From the NCBI RefSeq assembly GCF_006345805.1, contig NC_043005.1, forward strand, positions 53,506,001 through 53,570,000: a stretch of DNA of 64,000 nt, read 5' to 3'. Both the position numbers and the translations under genes were made by a program. A model generated the notes under the pieces. That model searched no databases, was not told the origin of the DNA, and worked only from the letters and a program-made list of their open reading frames with translations. Source of the stretch: Octopus sinensis (taxonomy: Eukaryota). Every line of letters starts with the position of its first letter. The stretch's first letter is position 1. Below are positions 52,742 through 64,000 of the stretch, piece by piece.

Positions 52742-52745
<4 letters not shown>
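51510..52745 (+). pseudogene. Penelope-like element RT plus GIY-YIG endonuclease relic
   Basis: SYIRSDLDML...FDVINIYTNIPH; WKRSLDDCFILW; NIPFNLATRIC; CGRPNCGTCP...FTCASENLLCAIRCSGC; frameshifts and an internal deletion near 51745. Confidence 0.85.
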
Positions 52746-52785
<40 letters not shown>

Positions 52786-53099
52786 TATAACAACACCAAT
52801 AACATTTGTGGCTGTAATAATAACGTTAAATTGCTATACAATAAGTGATTTCGAATTCTGTAGAAATCTTGATGCAGGTATATCAATGACCTTATTTTAT
52901 ATCCTTAAACTGAGTTTTTGCTCGCTTGTCCGACTTCTGGTGGTCCGTTGTATTTTTCAGTGTGACTGGCGGCTTATTTGAAGATTTTAATTCTAACATC
53001 TGGCAAGCTGGAAATTCGTCTACCCTCTATTATAATTAATATTTTTATTGTATAGTAACTTTAAGATATTATTTTCTTGGCGGTCATTTGCATCTCTAC

Positions 53100-53288
53100 C
53101 ACGCTTGACGAAATGCTTAGCGGTATTTCGCCCGTTGCTAATTTCTGAGTTCAAATTCCACCGATGTCGACTTTGCTTTTCATCCTTTCGGATGATAAAT
53201 TAAGTATTAGTGGAACACTGGAGTCAACGTACTGAACTTAATCCCTTCCCCCGAATTTGAGGATTGTGCTTCCAGTAGAAAAGTTATT
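53100..53288 (+). mobile_element. SINE family A, degraded
   Basis: gacgaaatgcttagcggtatttcg...gagttcaaattccaccgatgtcgactttgc. Confidence 0.8.
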
Positions 53289-53704
53289 ATCAGTTATTTA
53301 TATTTACGGTTGATAATAAAAATAATAATATCAATGAGAATATTGATTTGAATATTTACTCACTTTTCTATATAATGCACTGAAATTGTTTTGAATTTGG
53401 CGGGGAACTATACAACGAGTAACAGATTCAGAGAGATGAGTTCGATTTTTCATATTAGGTATTGTAGGAACTCCTGAGGAGAATTAAGGGTTAGCCCGGA
53501 ATTCGAAATCATGATCCAGGTATATCAATTACTTTATTTTACAGCTTTAAGCTGAGATTACTACATTTTTTCTGGTTTGCCCGATTTCAACTGCTCCGTT
53601 ATGTATTTCAGTGTAATTGGTGGCTCATTTGAGGATTTTAACCTCTTATATCGAGCAAGCCAGTACTTCTTCGTTTACCCTCATTATAATCATATCTATA
53701 TGTG

Positions 53705-53748
<44 letters not shown>

Positions 53749-53799
53749 CTATATATAATATACCTACATATATATATATAATATAATATTATATATAGA

Positions 53800-53969
53800 T
53801 ACACTCTACATTATATATCTTATATATATAAGACATATATAATATAGATATATATAGTATATATATATATATATATATATTATACATATATCTATAGATA
53901 TATATATATAATATAATATATATATATTATATATATATATATCTATATATATATAATATATATATATAT

Positions 53970-54008
<39 letters not shown>
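53800..54008. repeat. Long imperfect (TA)n
   Basis: Direct reading. Confidence 0.9.
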
Positions 54009-54009
<1 letters not shown>

Positions 54010-54570
54010 GAGCAAAACGTCCCCGTCCAATGGACGGTGCTGAGTTGTCAATATTTAAACCAAATTTTCTCAAAACAACCTGTCTGACCGTCCCATAGAC
54101 TTCCCCTTTGAGAAACACTGATTTAAATTAAATTTGAGACACCAGCAAAAGAAGAAATAAAGATAGACTTTTTTCTATTCCAAAGAAAAACGATTTTATT
54201 CACACAAATATGCAACCGAAGAGTTTAAAGTATCAGTATTGATAAGGCTGTTGACTGGGAGAACACAAACATGGTTTAAACAGTAAGCTGGTAGGAAAGA
54301 AACGAAGTTAAGACAAAATAATTTCCGACAGACAGAACGGATTTTATATAACAGCTGATGTACTTGCGCGTACAAATGCACGTTCACACGGCTTTATCGA
54401 TCGCATTCTCACATGGAATCGATTTCTGTAATTTTTTCAAGACTTATGCAAGCCCTGATACTGCCGGTATCTACATATCAAATTTAAGCGCAATCGGATG
54501 GAGGATGCCCGTGATCCTACAAGACACACACAGACAAACAGAACGGATTTTATATTATATATATATATAT
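54009..54570 (-). mobile_element. Non-autonomous Helitron with duplicated 5' terminus
   Basis: Hairpin ccgtcc-aat-ggacgg (54023-54037) 10 nt from a minus-strand CTCG|T end; acagaacggattttata at ~54330-54350 and ~54538-54555. Confidence 0.7.
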
Positions 54571-54906
54571 AAACACATGCATATATTTATTTATGTAGTG
54601 AAGACAGTATGAGAAAACGTATTAATGAATCGTATTTTGAGTTAAGAAAAAGAAATAAGTACATTAACAAGCACCTGTTTAACAAACGTGTTGATCTTTT
54701 CCTTCATATTTTTTTATTTTCTGCTCCTTAATTTTCTTTTCTTTTTTCGCTTAATGAAGACTTCTGCCAAAGAAGATTGAGTTGTAAATTGTTAACCTAT
54801 TAATATTTCATGAACTACAAAATATATGACATAAATAAGTACCTAAATACACATGCATATGTATGTATATATATGTGGTGTGTGTGTGTATGTATATATG
54901 TACATT

Positions 54907-54957
<51 letters not shown>

Positions 54958-54996
54958 TATATATATACATATATATGTATACACATATCTGCCCTT

Positions 54997-55028
<32 letters not shown>

Positions 55029-55218
55029 GCGTGTGTGTGTATATATGTATGTGCAGATATATATATTTACACACATATTATGCATGTGCATATATGTGTG
55101 CGCGTCTGTGTGCGTGTGTGTGAGACAGAGATTTTGTGGGTATGCATGTATGTATACACATATATACGTATATATGTATGTATTCACATATATGTATGCA
55201 TATATGTACATATATATA

Positions 55219-55249
<31 letters not shown>

Positions 55250-55739
55250 GCTCATATATACATATGTATATATGAATATATCTGCACCTACTTGAAATAT
55301 ATTCTCTCTGCATATACGCTCCTATACATAAAATACTTGCATACCTGATACACACACAGACGCACACGAACAAACACACACGAACACATACATAGAAACA
55401 TATTCTTGCATATAAATGTATGCGCGTATATTTCAATGAATATTTCATACAATTTGAATTAATAAATATTCTCTACCTGAAAAAAATCAAGGTTTAGGGA
55501 AGATGAGAATCAAAAGTTGTCAAAATGTAAATCAAGTTAAGATTTTATATCATATTTCAATGTATTCGATATCATCTCTGTTTAGCATATTTGTAAATTG
55601 TTAATTTTTAAGATGATTTAACAAATCTCTGTGTCTGACCGGTCTAAATAACTCTCCTGCCTTTTCTTTCCCTCTCTCTCCCCTCTCTTTCCCTGTCTAT
55701 CTATCTGCCTGTCCGTCTGTTTACCTACCATTAACCTCC

Positions 55740-55766
55740 ATATCTATCTATCTATCTATTTATCTG

Positions 55767-55823
<57 letters not shown>

Positions 55824-55926
55824 TTGTCTATCTATCTGTCTATCTGTCTATCTATCTATCTATCATCTATCTATCTGTCAGTCTGTCTGCCAGTCTGTCT
55901 CTTTGTTTATTTATCTGTCTGTCTGT

Positions 55927-56020
<94 letters not shown>

Positions 56021-56030
56021 GTCTACATGT
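55740..56030. repeat. (CTAT)n/(CTGT)n microsatellite
   Basis: Direct reading. Confidence 0.95.
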
Positions 56031-56784
56031 CCACCTGTCTGTCTGTCAGTGTAACTACCATCTATCAATCTATTTTAAAAATCTATTTATCTATCTAACA
56101 TTCTGTCTCTTACAATCAGTCCCACATCCGCTTTTTATCTATAAATGCAGTGCCTCCTATCATCCGTTTCCCTTATAACGAAGACATACAAATTAAAACA
56201 CAGCATCTAATACGACGAGGCCTTCAGTTTTTATATATCGAAAGCACCTCAACAAAGGACGGAGTTCTGCGGTCGACCAAAGAAATGTAAATCACGACAG
56301 CTCCCGCACACATTAAGAGGAAGTAACAGAGGTGAGATATTTCGTTGTTACATCCACGCATGGTTCTTTGACCGCTAGAACGAAGCGCAGGTCCTGTATT
56401 ATGGCTCTAAGGAACCCGAATCTTTATTTGCGATGAGAAAATGGATTACCACAAAACCACTTGCAACCCAAATTTTATAGTGAATGCAATCAAAATTTCA
56501 TAGTGACACTCTAAATGTTTGATGACATTAAAGGAGTTAAAAACAAAAACAGGTATTAGAGCCACACACTGCAAATATTTCAGGCCTCATGAGAATGTCT
56601 CCTTTTCCCGTGTGTATTACATACTCAAGTTAATGCGCAAAACAAGATGATTATTGCCCTAGCTGGTTTCCCTCTTTGGCAGGTTTTAACTTTTATCCCA
56701 AAACGTTTCAAAAGCCTTACGCCGCACCAAAAGAGTCCGTTGTTTCTACAGTTTTAGTAACCAATATCATAATTATGAATAGAG

Positions 56785-56824
<40 letters not shown>

Positions 56825-57007
56825 GTAATCCATGGATGCCATTCATAATCATTTTAATGTAATGCTACGCGCATTTCCACAAATCACATGTTTCTTACGA
56901 TAATAATCCGTATTCCTTGGTTGATTACACACACACACAGATATATATATATATACAAACAATGTACTATTTCGTGATAGTACATTTAAAAGGAGACACT
57001 ATATGCC

Positions 57008-57196
57008 TTTAAGTGCTACTAACAGTTTCGTGTCTTGATAGATATCTCAAACATATTCTTCAAGCACAAACCACGTATTATAATTAACTAAAGGCATTGA
57101 GTCAATTTCTTTTAGTTCGTTATGATACATACTTTGTGCCTGATGAACATATGTTTTCGATACTCTCAACATATAAATCTATTAATAGCACTTAAA
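57008..57196. mobile_element. ~190-bp MITE-like element with diverged ~48-bp inverted ends
   Basis: tttaagtgctactaacag / ctattaatagcacttaaa (16/18) plus weaker internal extension. Confidence 0.55.
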
Positions 57197-57209
57197 AAAT
57201 GTATCGTGT

Positions 57210-57288
<79 letters not shown>

Positions 57289-57401
57289 GATATGTGTGTG
57301 TTGTGTGTACTTAATCATAAAAAGGAATGGAAATTAATAGAAATTTTCATTTCCAGTGGTCTAGCGTGTAAAAATTTAGTCAAAAGACTATGTATTACTC
57401 A

Positions 57402-58302
57402 TAAAATACAGTGTACATTTAAACACATAAGGAATCCACTCGTATGGATTCAACACGCTAGAAAGAACAGCTAGGTTCTACAACCTCAAAATTAGGGATA
57501 AAATACGACAGGAACGAAATGAAAAAATAAAGACTTTTTACCATCTAATTTCCTGGACAAATTGGTTCATGATTTTAGTTTAGCAACTAAATAATATTCG
57601 CTAGGTGTAATCTTTTTCAACAGGTACACGTTAGATTAAATATATAAAACATGAGGCAGTCGTATATGGGCGCAGGAGTGGCTGTGTGGTAAGTAGCTTG
57701 CTAACCAACCACATGGTTCTGGGTTCAGTCTTCTGCTATAGCCCCGTGAGTGGATTTGGTAGACGGAAACTGAAAGAAGCCTGTCGTATATATGTATATA
57801 TATAAGTTTGTGTGTATATGTTTGTGTGTCTGTGTTTGTCCCCCTAGCATTGCTTGACAACCGATGCTGGTGTGTTTACGTCCCCGTCACTTAGCGGTTC
57901 GGCAAAAGAGACCGATAAAATAAGTACTGGGCTTACAAAGAATAAGTCCCGGGTTCGATTTGCTCGACTAAAGGCGGTGCTCCAGCATGGCCGCAGTCAA
58001 ATGACTGAAACAAGTAAAAGAGTAAAAGAGTAAAAAAGAGAGTGTCAACTATGTGCCTCTTGATTATACATCCTAATTCTTTCAAAATCTACTGCGCAGA
58101 CGCAGCCCTTCATCGGCAATAACATAATGCCAACTTTTTAAAATTGGTCCAGGAAACTAGATGGTATACGTTTTTACTTTTTCATTTCGTTCCTGTCGAA
58201 TTTTATCCCTAATTTTGTGGTTATAGAACCTAGGTATTCTTTCCAGTGTGTTGAATCCCTACGAGTGGATTCCTTATGCGTTTAAATGTACACTGTATTT
58301 TA
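57402..58302. mobile_element. Element with ~160-bp inverted arms interrupted by a SINE
   Basis: 57402-57563 vs 58142-58302 reverse-complementary with scattered mismatches. Confidence 0.85.
57669..58040 (+). mobile_element. SINE family B with two internal deletions
   Basis: ggcgcaggagtggctgtgtgg...gactaaaggcggtgctccagcatggccgcagtcaaatgactgaaacaag. Confidence 0.92.
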
Positions 58303-58309
58303 AATATAT

Positions 58310-58355
<46 letters not shown>

Positions 58356-58488
58356 ATATCTAATGTAGGATAAAACTTTTCGAAAAAAATTCTATCAATG
58401 GCCAGCATATTAAAAAATACCTTTGAAGGGTAAATTTATAAACAACTTATAAGTAATTTATAAGTTTTGCCCTTACTTATAAATTGTT

Positions 58489-58575
<87 letters not shown>

Positions 58576-59365
58576 CGTATATACATATATACATATATAC
58601 ATACATATATATATATATATCTATCTATATATATATATATATATATATAATATACATATAAACAATATCACAAACCCAGATATAAACAGAAATATTCAAT
58701 CAAATATCCGCAAATGTATGCACATAAATCTTAGGCATTTACATTCACATTTAATACATACATAAATACTTGCGCGCATCCACACGCATACATGAAGGCA
58801 TTCAGACGTTCGGCAAGCACCTTAATTTTTACGGCGGATGTGGTGGGTATGGACATACTGAGGATGTGCATCATTGTCCAGTTCTGTTTTTTATCTGCTT
58901 TTTCTCTATATATATCTTTCTACATATATATACAGAGAAATTTCTAAATTTGGATCTAACTATCAGACAATTTGTCTCAGAGCCTTTCTGTTTATTTACC
59001 CACCTATCTCTCTGTTTATATGCTCCTCTGCTCACACACATACATATATGTGGTCTATTTCATCCATTATATTTTATTTGCGTAGACATAAATATGTTGC
59101 ACAGACATCCTGTTGAATTGTTCGATGTCTTATAATCACTACATCTACTAAAATGATATATCCTGGTTTTATGGAATCATATTCAGTAAATGGATCCTAC
59201 AGTGTATTTAGGCATCCCGAGATACTCTATTCTTAAAATGAAACAATCTCCAGGTACACTTCGTAATATTAACAGTTTAATAAACTTCTTATAAACTGAC
59301 TGTGTCATTCCTTTGCCTATTCTGGGTCAATTTATATCACGTAGTTGTGATATTAACAACTGTTA

Positions 59366-59587
59366 TAAGGCGGCGACCTGGCAGAAATGTTAGCATGCCG
59401 GGCGAAATGCTTAGCAGTATTTCGTCTACCTCTCTGTTCTGAGTTCAAATTCCGCTGAGGTCGACTTTGCCTTTCATCCTTTCGGGGTCGATTAAATAAG
59501 TACCAGTTACACACTGGGGTCGATATAATCAACTTAATCCGTTTGTCTATCCTTGTTCGTCCCCTCTGTGTTTAGCCCCTTATGGAT
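59366..59587 (+). mobile_element. SINE family A, tail type 1
   Basis: aaggcggcgacctggcagaaatgttagc...cccctctgtgtttagcccct. Confidence 0.92.
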
Positions 59588-59649
59588 ACACTACCTTGTT
59601 TCATGTGAGTATTCTTAAAAACATGCAAGCACACACCCTTCTAGTCGTT

Positions 59650-59811
59650 TTCTTGTTGCATTCATTGGACAGCAGCCATACTCGAGCACCGCATTGAAAA
59701 TTTTTAGTTTTTCAAACCCGGTACTTTTAATGGTCCGTTTTTCTTTTTGAAATGCCATACTACGGGGTCGTATACAAGCCAACTCCGGGTATGTAGATAA
59801 ACGCACACACA

Positions 59812-59867
<56 letters not shown>

Positions 59868-60022
59868 TATGACAGGCCCCTTTTCAGTTTCCATCAATCA
59901 AATTGCTCACCACTCGGACTATAATAGAAGAAACTTACCCAAGGCGCCACCCAGAATGATTGCATCTGGAACCATGTCGTTGGGAAGCAAATATCTTAGT
60001 TCACAGCCATGATTGCGCCTAT
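59650..60022 (-). mobile_element. SINE family B, degraded
   Basis: ttttcagtttccatc...ataatagaagaaacttacccaaggcgcc...ggaaccatgtcgttggg...cacagccatgattgcgcc. Confidence 0.7.
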
Positions 60023-60577
60023 ATTTGTGTGGATATGTGTGCTCATTAAGAACCAACAAAAAACAAACAAACAAAAAAAAACAAGGGATTAGTTCTAGTT
60101 TGCATATTATTAGTGTTACACTTAGAGAAATGAAATGATGTTTCTAACGTTATGTTTTTTTTTCGATTAGAGCGTAGAGAGGCAAGGCTGAAGGACAAAC
60201 AGTGAAAACTCAGTCGATATATGTGTGAATACAAGTGATTACATATATTCATCTATCTACATATATGTGTCTTACATTTTAATACCGTACATGATTAATT
60301 TTATATATAAAAGTCTTGTACACGAAAGCAGTTCTACCTCAGCATGCATACATACACGCACATACGAATACATGCACACGCACACACACACACACATATA
60401 TATATATATACATATACATATATATATACACACATATATGTACATATATATACATACATATATATATATACACACACACACATATGTACACATGTATACA
60501 TGTCTAGAGAGAGAGAAAGACAAAGACGTAAGTATATAAGTACATATTTATGGATACATGTCTATATACATAATAAA

Positions 60578-60623
<46 letters not shown>

Positions 60624-61146
60624 ACTCATGCGTATACGTACTCATACATATGCGTACATATAAATATGTACACATACATATACATATATGCATACAAATA
60701 TGACGTACCACATACATATAAATATAAGTGCGTGTAGTACTAGTTTTACTTGGTATATCTGCATGCATATTTTACATCATTTTATTCCACCAAATATGGA
60801 GTTATCATTCTAACCCTTTCTGGAACGACATAGTATAGAACATGTCAAGCAATGTCTTTACCATCTCAACAAACTCATCCAGCTTGAATTTTAGGCCTTG
60901 TGTCTATATTAGAAACGTGTTTATTCGCAGTTTTTTCTTAATATATTCATTTCTTGTTTTCAATTGTAATTCTCAACATTTCCATAATGTCGTTGCAATC
61001 GTTTATTTTGCATTTCCACCATGAACACTTCTACGTCCAACTTCTCTCTTAATCACAATAATATACTAACAATAATATAACTATTACGGTTCCTACATAT
61101 TAAATCTTTTACATTCCTAATTTCTCAAAATATTGGTAATTAATTC

Positions 61147-61282
<136 letters not shown>

Positions 61283-61813
61283 TGAGTGAGAGAGTATTGC
61301 ATGCCATCAAAATGACACTGAGTTAAACTATACCAAGCCCAGTATACGATACCAAGCCAATTATGACTACCAGTCTGATAAGGGTATATTAGGCACATGC
61401 ATCACAACCATATGTGCATGACATGGTGATCTCATATTAAGATAAACAGCACATGACCTTGCAGGTGGGGCCCAGTTAGAATTTTCTTCTGGTTGCGTAG
61501 TCCATCTCGCTAAAACGGTCCCTAAATAAGAAATGTTTAAGGATGTTGAACGAACCACCCATATTTCCAAAGGGGAATTATCCAAACCTCTAAGAATTCC
61601 TTTCAACACACGGCTATGATGCTCCCCCACTACTTCTGCTCGTGGTCAGATATGCACATATCGTCAGCCACTAAGAAACATGCTCAACTGATTAAGGTCC
61701 TTTGCTGTAGCCCATCTTTTATACCAAGACAAAACAATGTACATGATAACACTTCCATTCAGTTAAGATCAAAAGCCATGAGAGCCACTGCCTGGTACTG
61801 CATCAGGGCATTT
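61283..61813 (-). mobile_element. Family C non-tRNA element, near full length (~530 bp)
   Basis: tgagtgagagag...catcagggcattt; both ends in (ATT)n; one internal deletion relative to 24298-24755. Confidence 0.9.
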
Positions 61814-61850
61814 ATTACTATTATTATTGTTGTTGTTATTATTATTATTT

Positions 61851-62716
61851 TATGTTTGACTTTTGATTTGCATTTGTACAAGTTGGCTCCAAGTCTCACC
61901 CAGAGACCTCAAGAGACAACAAGTTATAAGTTCATGTTGGTGATATATCTAGAGTGCCTTATATATGGTTTTGTATAAAGTGTTATTCTAGAAAATGTTT
62001 AAGAAACCATAAGAAAAATATGTGTTTGTTTTAAAATTTGAGATTACATAGTATTTTACGGAGGATATGGGCAGTTCCCATGGGCACTATCTTTTGAATT
62101 TCTGCAATTTTGGGGTTTCCTGGTATCTGAGCTAGGTAGCAATCATCCCCTTTTGCTATCATTCCTAGGGCACCTATGACAACAGGTATTGTTTTAGTCT
62201 TCAGATTCCACATTTTGCTAATTTCTGTTTCAAGATCTTTATTCTTGCTCAGTTTTTGGTAGGTCTTGACAAATACGTTTATATCGATTGGGACAGTCAT
62301 ATCAATAAGGAGGCATAATTTTTGTTTGAAGTCTTTCAATATGATGTCTGACTTATTTGCATCTATCTTTCTGTCAGTTTGAATGGTGAAGTTCCAGAGG
62401 AGTGAAACGTGATCATTTCAAGCACTGGGGGGGGGGGGGGTCACACCAGTTATTATCATGAGGTAAGTCCAGGTTTTTGCAAATTTCCCAGTGAATATAT
62501 TGTGCAGCTCTATTATGCCTGTTGAGATACTCTGAAGGCGCAAGAAGACTGCACTTGGAGACATCATGATAAATGGTCTCATTTTGTTGTTGACATACAC
62601 GACATTTTGTGGAGCTGCCGTTCTTTAATATATTGGCCTGGTAGTTCCTTGTAGGTTGGGATTGATCTCGGGTTGCTATGATATACACTTCTGTTTCTGA
62701 TTTTAAGCTAGAAGCC

Positions 62717-62720
<4 letters not shown>
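61851..62720 (-). pseudogene. R4/Dong LINE 3' portion, both ends in (TAA)n
   Basis: KCRVCQQQNETIYHDVSKCSLLAPSEYLNRHNRAAQYIHW; LIDMTVP; IPVVIGALG; IQKIVPMGTAHILRKIL. Confidence 0.92.
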
Positions 62721-62810
<90 letters not shown>

Positions 62811-62919
62811 ATGTTAATTATAACGTTAGAATTATCAACAACACATATATACATGCACACACTTATGTGTACACTGAGAGAGATAACTAGATAGATAGAT
62901 ATATAGATAGCTAGCTAGC

Positions 62920-62985
<66 letters not shown>

Positions 62986-63003
62986 TAGATAGATAGATAG
63001 ATA
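62721..63003. repeat. (TTA)n and (GATA)n microsatellites
   Basis: Direct reading. Confidence 0.9.
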
Positions 63004-63377
63004 GAGATATATAAAAACAAACTAATGGCTAGAACTATAAATACATTGTCCCATATACAGACAATAATATGGAGCTAAATTGCACACATGTTAAAATAAG
63101 TGGGAAAATAACGTAGATGTATATAGAGAGACCTAATAGTAAACGGATATATATATACATATGGGCAGACTGATTGACAGAATTGCAGACAAATACGTAA
63201 ACCGATAAATTCCAAACGTGTGTACAAATGTGTAGGTGTTGTGTTTGTATGTGCGTGTGTGTATTTTTGTGCATGAATGCGTGTATATAAATTTACATAC
63301 ACACACATATGCATGTTTGTGTTTGAGTATATGGATGCGGTTCTTTGTGTGTGTGCTTGTGTGTGTGTGTGTGTGTA

Positions 63378-63420
<43 letters not shown>

Positions 63421-63744
63421 AGAAGACAGATGCATAAATAATAGACAGCTTAGCAAATACTGAGTCACAACCGAGCGATACAACCCGTAAATGTAAAAGC
63501 ATGCATCTCAGCAAGCAAAAAATGAATTGTGATGTATTTGTCTCTTCAACGTGTGTTCTTTCTTCCTTTTCTTCTCTTTCTTTTTGTTTTCTCATTTGCC
63601 CGTAAGGTCAATGAAGGGTACTTGTTCTTTTTATAGAAATCACCAGTTGTCTGTCGAACATACGGTGCCACAAATAAAGTTCATTAATTGTTGTCGTCCA
63701 TCAGGTGGTTTACATCCGAATCTACAAGTTTGAGAAGGAGGGAG

Positions 63745-63880
63745 AAAGAAGAATTGATCTCAGTACTTAATTGGCATTTTATTGATTAAACAAAAAAGCA
63801 GAATGCAAACCTTGCTGTCGGTGACATTTGAACTCACTGTGTAGAGAACCGGAAGAAGCATCACCATACCTGCCCTTGGA
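63745..63880 (-). mobile_element. Degraded SINE family A-like fragment
   Basis: gatctcagtacttaattggcatt...gacatttgaactcac. Confidence 0.45.
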
Positions 63881-63969
63881 TGCTTGAACACCTCAGTTAT
63901 TTCGCCACTAAATGTATGTTTGTGATTATGTATACATACTTAACATTTTTAACTTTGGTTTAATACTCA

Positions 63970-64000
63970 TCTATTATATAAAATCCATTCTGTATGTGCG
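63970..64000 (+). mobile_element. 5' terminus of a Helitron running off the window
   Basis: A|TCTATTATATAAAATCCATTCTGT matches the 5' end of the 54009-54570 element (ATATAAAATCCGTTCTGT). Confidence 0.6.

Noticed and set aside
57139-57170. CCTGATGAACATATGTTTTCGATAC as a hammerhead
   Set aside because: No convincing stem II, no GAAA and no stem I partner.
58770-58890. Possible upstream ATG exon for the 50-kb candidate gene (MMHILSMSIPTTSAVKIK)
   Set aside because: The donor (aag|gtgctt) is weak and nothing in the sequence links it to the downstream exons.
61700-61813. HDV-like ribozyme at the family C terminus
   Set aside because: I could not build the nested double pseudoknot by eye; left as a testable idea only.

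Overview
Very AT-rich, microsatellite-saturated eukaryotic DNA. The repeat repertoire (tRNA-headed SINEs, R4/Dong, RTE and Penelope-like retroelements, mariners, Helitrons) points to a coleoid cephalopod, most likely Octopus. That assignment is my inference from repeat motifs, not a database result. No known host gene is recognisable. Nearly all ORFs in the track are translated microsatellites, SINEs or decayed transposon ORFs; one weak two-exon candidate lies on the minus strand at about 49.7-50.3 kb. Main contents: (i) about 35 SINE copies of four families; (ii) nine R4/Dong (RLE-type) LINE fragments, most abutting (TAA)n with one polarity, plus four copies of a ~530-bp non-tRNA element sharing those sites, one fused to a Dong 3' half; (iii) a full-length frameshifted DD34D mariner and an internally deleted mariner; (iv) RTE and Penelope-like RT relics; (v) non-autonomous Helitrons, one carrying the 5' end of an L1/Tx1-like ORF1; (vi) several long inverted repeats, including a perfect 83-bp-arm palindrome; and (vii) short non-coding elements with minimal type-I hammerhead ribozyme folds, one with a U3:A8 compensatory core inside an inverted-terminus element. 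The best candidates for an under-described system are the hammerhead-bearing non-autonomous retroelements and the TAA-targeted Dong LINE with its non-autonomous partner. Boundaries were read by eye and are accurate to about 10-20 bp unless exact motifs are quoted.
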